Source of the DNA: a virus
Lineage: Duplodnaviria > Caudoviricetes
Reading direction: 5' to 3' (one strand)
DNA length: 64,000 bases
Virus record (IMG/VR): IMGVR_UViG_3300032330_000956
Span: 15,300 to 79,299 of that record
In this document: positions 32,101 to 40,879 of the stretch, piece by piece
How positions within the stretch are numbered: the first letter of the stretch is position 1
How the letters are laid out: every line of letters begins with the position of its first letter
Position numbers and translations under genes: made by a program
The notes under the pieces: generated by a model
What the model saw: only the letters and a program-made list of their open reading frames with translations
The model's database searches: none
Told to the model about the DNA's origin: nothing

Positions 32101-33116
32101 GGCAATGATTCTACAAGGTCTGCCATAGATGTGCTTGTCTGGTTTTCTACAGCGTTCAAGAAGTTGACTGCATTTGCAGTATCGTCTGTTGTAAGTTTAA
32201 ATGTTCTTTGTAAAGCAATTGTTGCTTTAATGGCACTCTGCTGATCTAATTCGCCAAGAGTTGTAAGGCGCATGACTTCTCTTGTAGATTTAATTAGGTC
32301 TTGACCTTGTAAGCCAGTTGCAGCCAAATCTGCTGCTGCTGCAGCGGTATCTTTTGCAGCGACACCATAAGCGGTAGCAAGTTCTTGAGCAAGTGCTAAA
32401 GTTTGCTCACGGATAACACCAACAGTTTTTTGTGAAGTAGCCTCTAAGCCACTACCATAAACTTTAGACATTCTGGTTAGTTCTTTATCAACTTCCTGGA
32501 AAGCTTTACTAGCAGCCCCTCCAAAGGCAGCAAGAGGCACTGTAAGACCTACTGTAAGCTGACGACCCGACCATTGGGTATTTTTACCAAGATTTTGCAA
32601 TTCTGTGGACATTCCACGAATAACTGAGTTGTGAATTCTAGTTTTAATAATTGCTGCTTCTTGCTCCGCATTCAGGTCCTTCATCTTTGCAGAGATGTTT
32701 GTTAGAACTCTTGCGTATCCTGTTTTCAATGCATCTGGAATAACTACAGATTTAGCAATTCTTGCCTGTGATTCGGCAAGAGCATCCATTTCACTTCTTA
32801 CACCTTTAGCATTTTTGCGGTAAAGGGAAAAATAATCGTGAAACTTTAATTTTCCACGTTCTAAATTTGTTCCAAAACGGTCAACCGAGTCTGCCATTTT
32901 GACAAACTCGGTATTGAACGCTCTAGTAGATGTGACCATGCTGTCAAATCTTGATTGTGCATTAGTAATTTTTCTGGCAAAATCATCATTAACATCTCCC
33001 AGCGGGATTCTCTGTAATTCAAGCATGGAAGCTTTAAGCGAAGCCACCTGCGCTTTAATTTGTGCAAAGTCTCCAATTGCACTTACTTGAATGTTAATTT
33101 GATTATTATTAGCCAT
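26175..33116 (-). CDS. tape measure protein
   Basis: 2313 aa, Ala/Gly helical repeats, TMP core GRQLTVGLTVPL...NQTSTS, three PAMLS(G/N)GEYV modules. Confidence 0.93.
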   Translation of the reverse strand: MANNNQINIQVSAIGDFAQIKAQVASLKASMLELQRIPLGDVNDDFARKITNAQSRFDSMVTSTRAFNTEFVKMADSVDRFGTNLERGKLKFHDYFSLYRKNAKGVRSEMDALAESQARIAKSVVIPDALKTGYARVLTNISAKMKDLNAEQEAAIIKTRIHNSVIRGMSTELQNLGKNTQWSGRQLTVGLTVPLAAFGGAASKAFQEVDKELTRMSKVYGSGLEATSQKTVGVIREQTLALAQELATAYGVAAKDTAAAAADLAATGLQGQDLIKSTREVMRLTTLGELDQQSAIKATIALQRTFKLTTDDTANAVNFLNAVENQTSTSMADLVESLPRAANVVSDLGGSYKDLAAMMVALREAGVPAAEGANAIKSAMASLINPSTKAVKAFDAMGISIKSITTKDAGNLMLMVQDLQASLANIDPQQRLQLIEQLFGKFQFAKMTALINNLGQAGSQTEQVFKLAGASNTSLANLAKAELDQQANSVTGRYRRAMESFKAAMLPIGQQVTKFATVIMNAFSKVLQFINKLGPLKNILGGILTLGALVGPILMLSGLFMNLVGSLMKGALYFRMFKDGIKDGGIKGALGAMSNFFEKIDVSSLAASRNVDFMRDSAISAEQAFGVLNVAVQELRMNLEAIAKNPVGIFTGGGVKNIGKQVTDYSGKTLAEMQMLNPYLADKKKIQGIERPHMFPGSRLHSGWQGMSPEQQANYPSIQQALLGKDEDYQKKYMSEGLTAQFKAVPEGSLEAELQRKFKDEDVIHGGKTGVSKADVMTRGLVHLEKIHDDILSGTIAQDSLAAQQLEKIRALPVAEQQLEIEKAIGKVSFSEQEFHKTIVTHVETNYALLNAEESQLKALNAEILAITSDPAIVDKPAALSKAFVAFKEEVLAAGTQVANMVNMMTAELAANLAQAQTTFEAALIGAEAQSGISMAGEAKGGAWMRSLRRLATRDASYTRQGALIAGHANGGLIQKFAVGGYVSGPGGPKDDKVPAMLSGGEYVIKASSVNKYGRDTLDAINKGYATGGPVQYFSDPTTKNQPVRRYGDKEDAFAHAIAPDKKIDPGYERHVGYGFNINEITNHQLGKKTGTPISRLLHELQTPWATRDLEKNIYASVIEKMGPRKASLFAEAKAAEYKNKTMNYLIDLQKMGRARVTDKDWYGFAKNNIFNNPEDRKIYRSIAKNLSLQGTETRGALSATRVREGFPNRKVMPNRSVRYYSESGETYVTRRPGISTTQWDHYNADGTPFKNGEYIQNAAGANKARSPKRIQTVPLEQLAAGRGRTGLKIFKSMMTALGASNGGQIPAMLSNGEYVMSPQATAAHGSSFMAGINNGTAKFANGGHVPKFGIGGLFSRIRNASTIAGITPSDQIRYGGSGANRAVLKQAPGFATGASEQSQVGTAISSAASSVKNGLSTVATTFSNFNFKMKNTLPGIGETFKQNLKDMKDQRANAKMIGSSGGLSSGSMMDKIKGSLKDSEGKSKLKFSMGGMMAAPLITAAGDALTSRMPEGLGQSAVGGMAKGASLGAMFGPYGAAIGAALGGVGGLATKWFSEQKVKAEDTAAGLKSAVLMGTSSMEAFGVSLKGFGNATILSSKSFSTAASRMKQTIDNLAESFKNSDDPEVQKTMKNLKDALKDKDIKKVQGLMATTYASTLELTGSKVKANAAVKAYLQGAGATVGQTGEVLGGMGVKNLTKENSLNYTLSKAPSTTVMGDVLAQAAQNPDFALFTKQIQGLSGAVSGKFKTSTAAFKEFNNVVSATNPRLAELNTKLDKSGISLDSVAKYDALANAGFSITDKQVLALTSNVDALNGMMDIYAAKSAGMTGFQGLIDLAGKNDTNAAANAEKVQKAKEAAHQASIDAKQAEIDHVNAAIEKEQGYIDEINKEKEARNKVADAQNRQIQNERTLADLKMGITRAGATGDLVAMAAAQSAYNEELLKQAEQKKKDRADASDDAKIARHQAAIDAAQTQLKALTTQLGVINSTVVTVDTATKNTATSAETLAEKMVAALTSGKYKDAKSAWKALSGDDGIKKLVADSGISLDKWHTYFDNVSKSPGIQSILNAAAAIDKVSGMLAGIATKAEKDFVRQTAAGIMIAHPGTTATAAVSRAKSIWDATESPGTNKNKKPVRVKDGMHGFTPNGSEFVWSKEENKWLQWDAENGKTLDTPASLDTTGMVSDGHPVINPATGKNYAFGGYISGPGTMTSDSIPAMLSNGEYVVRANSVGKYGVGLMNAINDGSFGPHYAAGGLAKHYSFGGMASDNNNSFSDNSVYNINVSVDTNANPDEIARTVMRTIQRESRSMSTGRTLG

Positions 33117-33119
33117 TAA

Positions 33120-33443
33120 CTACTCCTCCACATGATGCCCCAAGCCAAGACCGATTCCAAAACCAGCCTCTTTTGCCTGATAGCCCTTGAGGGATGTAAC
33201 GTCTTTAGCAACTGATTCGTTGTCGGGTTTTTCTTCAAGATCCACCCCTTGAATTGCTGCCTGGAATCTGTTATGACGATCTTCTCGTTCATACATAGCT
33301 TTGAGAGTTGCAAGCAACTCTTCAACTGACATATTTGATTCAAGTTCGTCATAATTTTTCCAATGACCCAGAAGAAATACTTCTGATTCTAACTTGGCAA
33401 GATCTAGTTCATCCCAACTAGATCCGCCACCGCTAGGTTTGGG
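33120..33443 (-). CDS. tail assembly chaperone, -1 frameshifted C-terminal extension
   Basis: The -1 frame opens immediately at CCCAAAC and reads PKPSGGGSSWDELDLAKLESEVFLLGHWKNYDELESNMSVEELL... to stop at 33120. Confidence 0.85.
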   Translation of the reverse strand, partial: PKPSGGGSSWDELDLAKLESEVFLLGHWKNYDELESNMSVEELLATLKAMYEREDRHNRFQAAIQGVDLEEKPDNESVAKDVTSLKGYQAKEAGFGIGLGLGHHVEE

Positions 33444-33739
33444 TCATTCAGCTTTAGCCCTCCAGCTACCTCCAAGATTTTCATCATGGTCGGTACTTCA
33501 ATTGTTTCTTCGAACAAATCTCTGTCTACAGAAAGTTCTGGTTTTAGTTGCCCAAGGCAAACCATAGCACCCTCAATAAAGATTTCCATAATCTGGTCTT
33601 CTTCTGTAATTTCTGGACTATCCATCTTTTTAATTACCTGTAAAAATTTCTTTAAATGCTTAATTGTAAGCGGTCTAATTGTTAGTGTTTCACCGTTTGA
33701 TAGTTGAATTTCCTCAACATCGTATACTGTTGTTGGCAA
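33404..33739 (-). CDS. tail assembly chaperone
   Basis: Between major tail protein and TMP; slippery heptamer near 3' end. Confidence 0.85.
   Translation of the reverse strand: MPTTVYDVEEIQLSNGETLTIRPLTIKHLKKFLQVIKKMDSPEITEEDQIMEIFIEGAMVCLGQLKPELSVDRDLFEETIEVPTMMKILEVAGGLKLNDPNLAVADLVGMN
33437..33443 (-). other. programmed -1 ribosomal frameshift site C-CCA-AAC
   Basis: X XXY YYZ heptamer in correct phase (GAC CCA AAC); TGA in -1 frame directly upstream. Confidence 0.85.
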
Positions 33740-33785
33740 AATGTCCTCCTAAATGTCTATTCAAATTATACCAAAACAAATGGTT

Positions 33786-33816
33786 AAAACATAAATGCCC
33801 CCAAAAAATGGGGGCA
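33786..33816 (-). terminator. intrinsic terminator after major tail protein
   Basis: TGCCCCCA-N5-TGGGGGCA followed by TTTATGTTTT on minus strand. Confidence 0.75.
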
Positions 33817-33838
33817 CCTACGTTTAAGACTTTGAATC

Positions 33839-34963
33839 TTAGTATGCTGTGAACACACGGTCAATAATTACACCGTATTCTGCACCATCATAAAGATCGT
33901 TATCATCTGGCAAGCAACGGAACTGCACAGGGAATACTGTTGCAGAATCACGCTTTAAGCCATGAGATGAAGACTCGATTTGTACAACTCTTCTTGCAAC
34001 GTATACACGCTCTTTCAGAGATGTTGTTACATCATTCTTTCCTGGAACAAATTGGTTGTTTGGATCGTATGAAGGATCCGCAGTTTCACCAAATTGAACT
34101 GGAGCTTGACCAACTGCAACGATTGAACGCTCTACTGGAGCATCACCTAATGCACCTGCTGCAAGGCTAAGGGTAGCCGTTTGACCACCTGTGAAGCTTG
34201 CTGCAAGGTTAAGGGTAATGTCCTGGTTTGCAGAACCTGAAGTTCCACTACCACCAAAGTATTTCTGATCAGCACCGAGGATCTTAATTGTTCCTGATGC
34301 AGCACCTGCAGTAAATCCACTACCACCATATACCTGAGTAACAGCGATAACAGAACCACTAGAGTTTCTTGTTACGTTGTACGTTGGAGCAGTTGACGCA
34401 GTTACTGTGATTGTACCTGTTGAACCAATTGAAGGAATAATTGTTGTTCCTGTTAGCGTTGATGACGCAGTTCCACCTGAACCAAGTGTAATCTTTGCTG
34501 GATCAATTGAAGTTCCATCATTGTAATCCAAAACCTTTGGATAAGATGGAGTACCTGACTGATTGTATGCTGCTGGGGTTTCGCTTTGACCAAATACTAA
34601 CTGAAGGTTCTCAAGAGTACCTTCTGCTAATTCTGTCTTAAGCATAACCTTAAGAGTTGACTTGAACAAACGAGCTGCATCAAGTAATTGGTCAACCATA
34701 ACATCGTTATAGCCTGGTTCGTATGAAACTTCAAGACCTGTGTTGGTATAACCAACGTCTCTCCAGTTTGCATTCTGACCCAAGTATGATCTTGCACTTT
34801 GCTGTGCTGTAAAGTTTACGTCACCTGTAGCATTTACTAAACCAGGTAATGCATTTCCAGTTGCCTGGGATGTACCTGGCTTTGTGACTGGGCGGTAAGC
34901 ACCTGAACCTCTAGATACATAGATCTGAGCAGCACCTACCAAAATATTTCTTACATCTGCCAT
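33839..34963 (-). CDS. major tail (tube) protein
   Basis: NILVGAAQIYVS, WRDVGYTNTGLEVSYEP, FPVQFRCLPD; own promoter and terminator. Confidence 0.85.
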   Translation of the reverse strand: MADVRNILVGAAQIYVSRGSGAYRPVTKPGTSQATGNALPGLVNATGDVNFTAQQSARSYLGQNANWRDVGYTNTGLEVSYEPGYNDVMVDQLLDAARLFKSTLKVMLKTELAEGTLENLQLVFGQSETPAAYNQSGTPSYPKVLDYNDGTSIDPAKITLGSGGTASSTLTGTTIIPSIGSTGTITVTASTAPTYNVTRNSSGSVIAVTQVYGGSGFTAGAASGTIKILGADQKYFGGSGTSGSANQDITLNLAASFTGGQTATLSLAAGALGDAPVERSIVAVGQAPVQFGETADPSYDPNNQFVPGKNDVTTSLKERVYVARRVVQIESSSHGLKRDSATVFPVQFRCLPDDNDLYDGAEYGVIIDRVFTAY

Positions 34964-35064
34964 ATTATTTTTTCACCTACTTCCTTTTTTAAGGTATTGG
35001 CGAATTTCACTTCCTCACTTTTTATTTTATCATGAGTAGACAACAAAACAAACTTGTTGCAATC

Positions 35065-35553
35065 TCAATCTTTTCTTACATAAGTATAACGAATTTTAAC
35101 TTCACCCAACATAAACCCGCCCTCTGTGGAAAAATTTTGAGGGGATAAAGTTTCTTCATTGTAGAAGAAATGGTATTCAAATGGTGTAGTGTTGTTATTA
35201 AAAGCATTTATATCATGGGCAGCATCGTCAAATCTACTCATAAGTGCCTGTAAATAATTAATAATTTGATTAATCTTGTCATAACTTGGAGATACAATAC
35301 TGTAGGTTGCAATCTCTTCTGTAATCCAGTAGTTTTCTCCAGTTCTTAAAATATCATAGTCATAAACCATATATGTTTGACCTGGCAAAAGATTGTTAAA
35401 TTCAGGGATTTGTTGTGCTGGAATTATAGGGGTTAATGGTTCGGTAAAACCTTCTGCATAATAATCTTGTTCATCTAAAATCCCGTCTGATTTTAAATTT
35501 GACCAAATATAATCATTAATTCCATAAATGGCTAATTTTAAATAATCTGTCAT
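35065..35553 (-). CDS. tail terminator-like protein
   Basis: Position immediately upstream of tail tube gene; typical size. Confidence 0.6.
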   Translation of the reverse strand: MTDYLKLAIYGINDYIWSNLKSDGILDEQDYYAEGFTEPLTPIIPAQQIPEFNNLLPGQTYMVYDYDILRTGENYWITEEIATYSIVSPSYDKINQIINYLQALMSRFDDAAHDINAFNNNTTPFEYHFFYNEETLSPQNFSTEGGFMLGEVKIRYTYVRKD

Positions 35554-36278
35554 TATAATTCAATTACTCCCTGTGCATATTTTTCTGTAATTTCTCTAAT
35601 AGCTTCTTTGGCTGCCATTTTTCCACTGCGTTTTTGATTCAAAACTTTAGCAACATTTTTCCCAATTTCCTGAAACATTCCAGATCTTCTAATTGCAGAA
35701 TCAACTTTTTTAGAATACCACATAGTTGCAAATTTATCAAAGGCGTTGGTGGTTTGTTTTCCACCAGGATTCATAATTCGAACAACATGTCGTGGACTTA
35801 CAAAATGAACTTTATTATCTTTTTGTGATAAGAATATGATGTATTGTTTTGTAGTAAATGTTACTGGCTGTCCATCTTCCATGACCTGTGCCATATTTTT
35901 AAATACCGTTCTTTTACTAGCAACCCTTCCCTTTTTTCCAGGCATTTTTAATACTTCTGGAATAGGTACTGGAGTAACAGATTTTTTAAAAGAAAGATTT
36001 ATTTTTAAATCCCCGCCAGACACAGATTGTCTTTTAATTTTAAAAAGCTTTTGAGTTGGGTCCCCAACCTTTTCCCACTCATACATATGAAAATATTTTT
36101 TAGGATTTTTGGCGGAGGCAATAGAAAAATCTTTAATAAATTGCTTGCTGGTAATTGTAAAGATAGCTTTAGAAATTTGAGTTTTTGTATCACGAGTACC
36201 AAGCTCTTTAATACCCTCAACTTTATTCTCTAATTCAAAAAATAAATCATTTAGATTCTCAAATTGCAATGATATCAT
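35553..36278 (-). CDS. neck / tail-completion protein
   Basis: Position; HMYEW..VG...LF motif. Confidence 0.55.
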   Translation of the reverse strand: MISLQFENLNDLFFELENKVEGIKELGTRDTKTQISKAIFTITSKQFIKDFSIASAKNPKKYFHMYEWEKVGDPTQKLFKIKRQSVSGGDLKINLSFKKSVTPVPIPEVLKMPGKKGRVASKRTVFKNMAQVMEDGQPVTFTTKQYIIFLSQKDNKVHFVSPRHVVRIMNPGGKQTTNAFDKFATMWYSKKVDSAIRRSGMFQEIGKNVAKVLNQKRSGKMAAKEAIREITEKYAQGVIEL

Positions 36279-36720
36279 TGTTTTGAACCTGTGCCCTTCG
36301 CAAATTTATTTCATAATATGAAATTTTTCCAAATGGATCTAAAACGGGGTGTGTAGAAATTACATCGAATATTGTATCCGATAAACTCATGGTATCTGCT
36401 TCAACAAAAGCACTTTCTCCATCAGATGTTTTAATTCCCGTTACTCTAAAACGCTTACTTAATCTTACTGTGCATTGTAGCTTAATGTGCATATTTTCCT
36501 GATAACCTTGACTGCCAGGTTTAAACTGCTTGTCATCAATAATTCCTTTACCGCCATCATCTTTGACAACCATAGCTTTGCAAGAAATAGTTCTATCATA
36601 AGACCATTTTCTTTTTACCGATCCAGACTGAGATTGAATATTTGTTTGTGTGTACACATCTGCAGTCATGTTCATGAAAGCGTTTGCATATGAGTTTAAT
36701 TTAAAAATTCCAGTGCTCAT
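36259..36720 (-). CDS. head-to-tail stopper/closure protein
   Basis: Position; W.Y.RTI.C and R.T.I..DV...P..DPFG...YE..L.RA. Confidence 0.6.
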   Translation of the reverse strand: MSTGIFKLNSYANAFMNMTADVYTQTNIQSQSGSVKRKWSYDRTISCKAMVVKDDGGKGIIDDKQFKPGSQGYQENMHIKLQCTVRLSKRFRVTGIKTSDGESAFVEADTMSLSDTIFDVISTHPVLDPFGKISYYEINLRRAQVQNNDIIAI

Positions 36721-36721
36721 A

Positions 36722-37663
36722 CTAAATCACTACAATATTAATATTTCTATATTGATCCAAGATTCCATCAACAATCACGTTGCCCGTTCCATTTAGGGCA
36801 CCTGCACTTAATTCAAATGATACTTCTGCTAGTGTGACTTTCTTTAAGTATTTGTTTCTCCACGCTGCATCATTTGACAACAAATCGCCACAGAGCAACA
36901 GGGTGCAAAGTTTAATATCTTGTGGTACATAATTATACCCAATTTTTCCAACAATTTTATAGCGGGAGTTATTTCTAAATTTTCCATAAGCAATAATTGT
37001 TGGATCTACTTGATTGTCATAACGAGTATCAAATAAGTTGGTTTTAATTCTTAAAGCTTTTCCAGTTTGAGTTAATTCTACATCAAAGCCAAAGCTGTTA
37101 TATGTTGGGCTGGCGGTGTAATCAATAACAAGTTCATCATTTTCATACAACTTATCTACAGCAAGCATTCTTTCTGTAAGCTGTATAGCATCGCTTCCAA
37201 TTCCAAAAATTTCTTGATAATCATAACGATTGCCAAAATCTTGCATGGTATAGTTATTGATTTGTGTTCTAGCAATATTTTCAGCAATCATAATTTCTTG
37301 CTCAGAATAATAGTTGGGTTGCGATGGGGCAGCCCCCAACTTGTAATAACTAATAATATCACTGACTAATGCGTATGGGGTAACAACCTCAACAAATTGT
37401 GTTTGAGATGTTGCTTTACCGCCCAAAGTATATGACCAAAGGACTTGCAGAACCCTGTTTGACTGCGTGATATCTGGAGTTACTTCATAAGTATATTTTC
37501 CTAAAGGCGTTTGACCTACGGCTGAGGCGGAGCTGACAAGGACTGTTCCTGTGTCAGCATCCGTAATTTTAACAATAACAGATCCATCAGCATTCATGAG
37601 CTGACCCTGACTGTAAATGTCTAAAGTAATGGTTTGTGTTGTGCCATTATGAATTTGTTGCAA
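36722..37663 (-). CDS. head-to-tail adaptor
   Basis: C-terminal GY.YVPQDIK.C..LL...TGN..VD.ILD.Y (gp15/gp6-like). Confidence 0.7.
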   Translation of the reverse strand: MQQIHNGTTQTITLDIYSQGQLMNADGSVIVKITDADTGTVLVSSASAVGQTPLGKYTYEVTPDITQSNRVLQVLWSYTLGGKATSQTQFVEVVTPYALVSDIISYYKLGAAPSQPNYYSEQEIMIAENIARTQINNYTMQDFGNRYDYQEIFGIGSDAIQLTERMLAVDKLYENDELVIDYTASPTYNSFGFDVELTQTGKALRIKTNLFDTRYDNQVDPTIIAYGKFRNNSRYKIVGKIGYNYVPQDIKLCTLLLCGDLLSNDAAWRNKYLKKVTLAEVSFELSAGALNGTGNVIVDGILDQYRNINIVVI

Positions 37664-37682
37664 TTAAAATTCCTCCAATAAA

Positions 37683-38075
37683 TTAGCGGTAAAATTCCTG
37701 GACTTCTCTAGGTGTCGCTAATCTAAAACCTTCAATATTATCGAAAATAGTTTGTGCCTGATTTTCATTCATTGGAACATATGGGTGCTGCTGTGTGAAA
37801 ACAAAATCTCCATATTGATAAGACATATTGCCTCTTTCCATTTTTACCAAAACAACTCCAGGAGCACGAACATCTAAGTTTTGCTTGCGTGGAGATGGAT
37901 CTGGTTCTGGCTCAACTCTTTCACTTTCAAAAAATCTTTTATAAGTATCGTATGTGATACCTTCTTCTTCAAGTAGTAAAATTAACTTTTGTTTTGCAAT
38001 TTTAACTGGTAATTCTACTGCAAAAGACTCCGCTACGTCACGAAGTTCTTGCACTTTCATTGTATCAAAAGACAT
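37683..38075 (-). CDS. hypothetical protein with N-terminal HeH/Rho-N-like motif
   Basis: MKVQELRDVAESF.VEL....K..LI..L. Confidence 0.6.
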   Translation of the reverse strand: MSFDTMKVQELRDVAESFAVELPVKIAKQKLILLLEEEGITYDTYKRFFESERVEPEPDPSPRKQNLDVRAPGVVLVKMERGNMSYQYGDFVFTQQHPYVPMNENQAQTIFDNIEGFRLATPREVQEFYR

Positions 38076-38124
38076 TTGATTCCTTTCTCTATGTAACGAT
38101 TATACCAAATAATTTATAAAATGA

Positions 38125-38154
38125 ATAAAGGGAGCCAATATATGCTCCCTTTAT
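38125..38154 (-). terminator. stem-loop terminator after major capsid gene
   Basis: ATAAAGGGAGC-N8-GCTCCCTTTAT inverted repeat. Confidence 0.7.
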
Positions 38155-38174
38155 CCAATAGACTAATAATTATA

Positions 38175-39404
38175 TTAGAATGTACCCAATCCTGCAGGGC
38201 TAGTACCACCAGGTTGGAAATTGGTGTTAGATCCCTTGAAGAAGTTCGGATCTGTAACTCCAGATCCATTGTAGAAGGAACCAAAGTTGGAACCTTGAGG
38301 TACAGTTGCGTATGCCGTTCCTGTACCAGATACACGAACATTCTTGACAAGAACGTGTGCGTCATAGTTTTCTAATACACAACCAACACGGATGAAGAGA
38401 GTGTACTCAATTGTATCCTTCTTTGGCTGGAATAGACGATAAACTGTAACATCACGCTTAATACCAACAATGAAGTTCTGGGGGAATGTAAGGTGGATAT
38501 CACCATGCAAAGCACCAGTTGTAGTATCTCCTGCTCTAGCTGTACCTTCGTATGCCAATGTCTCGTCCATCAATGGGACGTTGATTACTGGAATACCGAA
38601 AGCAAACGGGGTTGTTGTACCTGGACCACCATCATTAGCAGCCACTTCACCACGAAGGATACCTGAAGAGATATCGAATGGGAGGAAGTTTCCACCAGTG
38701 TTGGTTAGGTTGTATAGGTAATCCTGAACCAAGTTAGATCCTGCAAAGAAGCGCAGCTGGTTACGGCGTTGCTTGTACTTACGAGGAAGTTGCTTGATTG
38801 CAAGGTTGAATACAGCCTTATCTAGACCATAGCCCTGTGCGTCTACAACGTGTGCATTGGTTGCAGCAAGTCTACGGAAACCGTTAAATGCTGACATTAA
38901 TCCACTTGTGTATCCAGTGCTTCCATTGATCAAAAGATCTTCCACATCGTTACCAGCTTGTGTAGCCATAAGTCGTGCAATGTGATCTTCTAGATCTGGA
39001 CCTTCAATGTTGTCTTCAAGTGACTCTGCTGAAAGCTCCCAATCAAGACGCAATTTGCGAGTTGTAAGAGAGATCTTTGAGAATACTGCGTCACGGTTAG
39101 TGAACGCACCAGTTCCACCAGCTACGCCAGTGTAATCACGAGGATTGTCTTCTGAAGCAACGGTCATAATTCTTTGACCAACTGCGGTACGATCAATTTC
39201 AGTTGTGTTTGAGCGCATACGGATAGTACGAGCTGACTTAGCTAAAATTGTTGCATCCCACATGTAATCAAGGAATCGATTAGCCTGGTCAGGGTAGAGA
39301 AGACCAACACCACTAGGGTTGTTAGTATCTCCCGATGCGTTAACTGTAGCACCGCCACCGAGGTTTGTTGTATCAATTACTTTTTGTAAAAGTTCATTAC
39401 TCAT
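38175..39404 (-). CDS. major capsid protein (HK97 fold)
   Basis: GLLYPDQANRFLDYMWDATIL, LDWELSAESLEDNIEG, N...GI.RD.TV.R.F.P.KDTIEYT. Confidence 0.9.
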   Translation of the reverse strand: MSNELLQKVIDTTNLGGGATVNASGDTNNPSGVGLLYPDQANRFLDYMWDATILAKSARTIRMRSNTTEIDRTAVGQRIMTVASEDNPRDYTGVAGGTGAFTNRDAVFSKISLTTRKLRLDWELSAESLEDNIEGPDLEDHIARLMATQAGNDVEDLLINGSTGYTSGLMSAFNGFRRLAATNAHVVDAQGYGLDKAVFNLAIKQLPRKYKQRRNQLRFFAGSNLVQDYLYNLTNTGGNFLPFDISSGILRGEVAANDGGPGTTTPFAFGIPVINVPLMDETLAYEGTARAGDTTTGALHGDIHLTFPQNFIVGIKRDVTVYRLFQPKKDTIEYTLFIRVGCVLENYDAHVLVKNVRVSGTGTAYATVPQGSNFGSFYNGSGVTDPNFFKGSNTNFQPGGTSPAGLGTF

Positions 39405-39437
39405 TTTTTATTTCACCTACCTTTCAAAATAGATTTT

Positions 39438-40817
39438 TTATAGGTCTTGGACTCCGAGGAAGTGTCCTTGCCAAATATTATTTTCTTTTCTTGCTACCTC
39501 TGGCTTATCCATGTCGCCAGACTTTTTGAATGCTGTGTCATTTTCATACATAGCAACTCTTTCTGATGTTTCCACCAATGATTTTTGTAAATCGGTAACA
39601 AGCGTCTTAATGTCATCAAGTGACTTTTTAAGTTCTACATTTTCCTCACGCACTTCATCAAATCTTTTTACAAGATCCGACTTCTCTGTTTCCAGAGCTT
39701 TGCGAAGTTCTAATGCTTCTGTACTTGCATCACTGATGCTTTTCTCAAGCTTTTCGCCAACAAAGTCTTTAAGGTCAGTAACCATCTTGGTAAAGTCTAG
39801 TTCGTCAACCTCAACTTCCGAGATATCTGCAGATTCTTCAATCTGTGTGTCTTCTACCTCTTCAACAACTTCATTGATTTCTTCAGCTTGGTCGTATTCT
39901 AGTTCTTCTGGGCTTTCTTGTGCCACGATACTACCTCCTTTGCTGATTTTATTTTTTTCATCAATATCTTTTGTAGTGCTGATATTGTTTTGATCAGGGT
40001 ATCTATTAATAGTACCCTGAGAATTAATTGTTTTTGATGGGGAATCTAGTGTTCCGTTTGGACCATGATTTGGACCTGGAGCATCATCTTTTTGTAAGTA
40101 GCCATCAACTACCTTTTGAATAGAGTCAGATTTTTCTGTGTCCGACTTTTCAACCCAACCAATGGTTTCCATCGAATCTCCGCAAATGCTGCAATCTTTT
40201 GTTTCGTTCGCAGCAGATGTAGCAACCTGATCTGTTCCGCACCAAAATACATTTTCTGTTTCAATTTCTGTTGCCATTCCTTTAAAAATTAAGCTGTCTC
40301 CAGTTTTTTGAATAGAAAAAATGTTTGCAAGTGGATTTGCAGGATTATCAACAAGGCTTAGTTCATGTAAATCATAATCTTTAATTACTCTACGCTCTTC
40401 ATCTGCATCGGATGCTCCTTTTTCCATTGAAGCCTCTACGATATTTCCACCAATTGAAAATCCAGTAAGGGTGCCATCTAATACTTTTTCCCAAGTATCC
40501 TGAGCACCCTTTGAAACATAAACATTGACATAAACACCCTTATAGGTATTTCCTGATTGTGAGTCGAAGTAATCTTCTTCGTTAAAAGAGAGGACTTTTC
40601 CAACAGCAATTGGCTGATGCATTTCTCTAATATTTCCACGAAATCTTTCAAATGCTCGCTTGCTGGCATCAGGCTCTACAATGTCCCCATGCTTATCTGG
40701 ATTATTTAATGTAGCGAATCCTGATACTGTGCGCTTCTCTTTATCTACTTTGGCAAAGGGAAACGCAAGACTCATCTTGTGTTCGCCATTTGACCATGTA
40801 GCTTTTTCAATATTCAT
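39438..40817 (-). CDS. prohead protease fused to scaffolding domain
   Basis: VSGFATL, REMHQP, LTGFSIGG, ELSLVDNPAN; acidic coiled-coil C-terminal half. Confidence 0.88.
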   Translation of the reverse strand: MNIEKATWSNGEHKMSLAFPFAKVDKEKRTVSGFATLNNPDKHGDIVEPDASKRAFERFRGNIREMHQPIAVGKVLSFNEEDYFDSQSGNTYKGVYVNVYVSKGAQDTWEKVLDGTLTGFSIGGNIVEASMEKGASDADEERRVIKDYDLHELSLVDNPANPLANIFSIQKTGDSLIFKGMATEIETENVFWCGTDQVATSAANETKDCSICGDSMETIGWVEKSDTEKSDSIQKVVDGYLQKDDAPGPNHGPNGTLDSPSKTINSQGTINRYPDQNNISTTKDIDEKNKISKGGSIVAQESPEELEYDQAEEINEVVEEVEDTQIEESADISEVEVDELDFTKMVTDLKDFVGEKLEKSISDASTEALELRKALETEKSDLVKRFDEVREENVELKKSLDDIKTLVTDLQKSLVETSERVAMYENDTAFKKSGDMDKPEVARKENNIWQGHFLGVQDL

Positions 40818-40879
40818 ATTAATTAAATAATACCAAGATTGTAAACTAATACAAAATTTATGGTATTATATGCTCCTAT

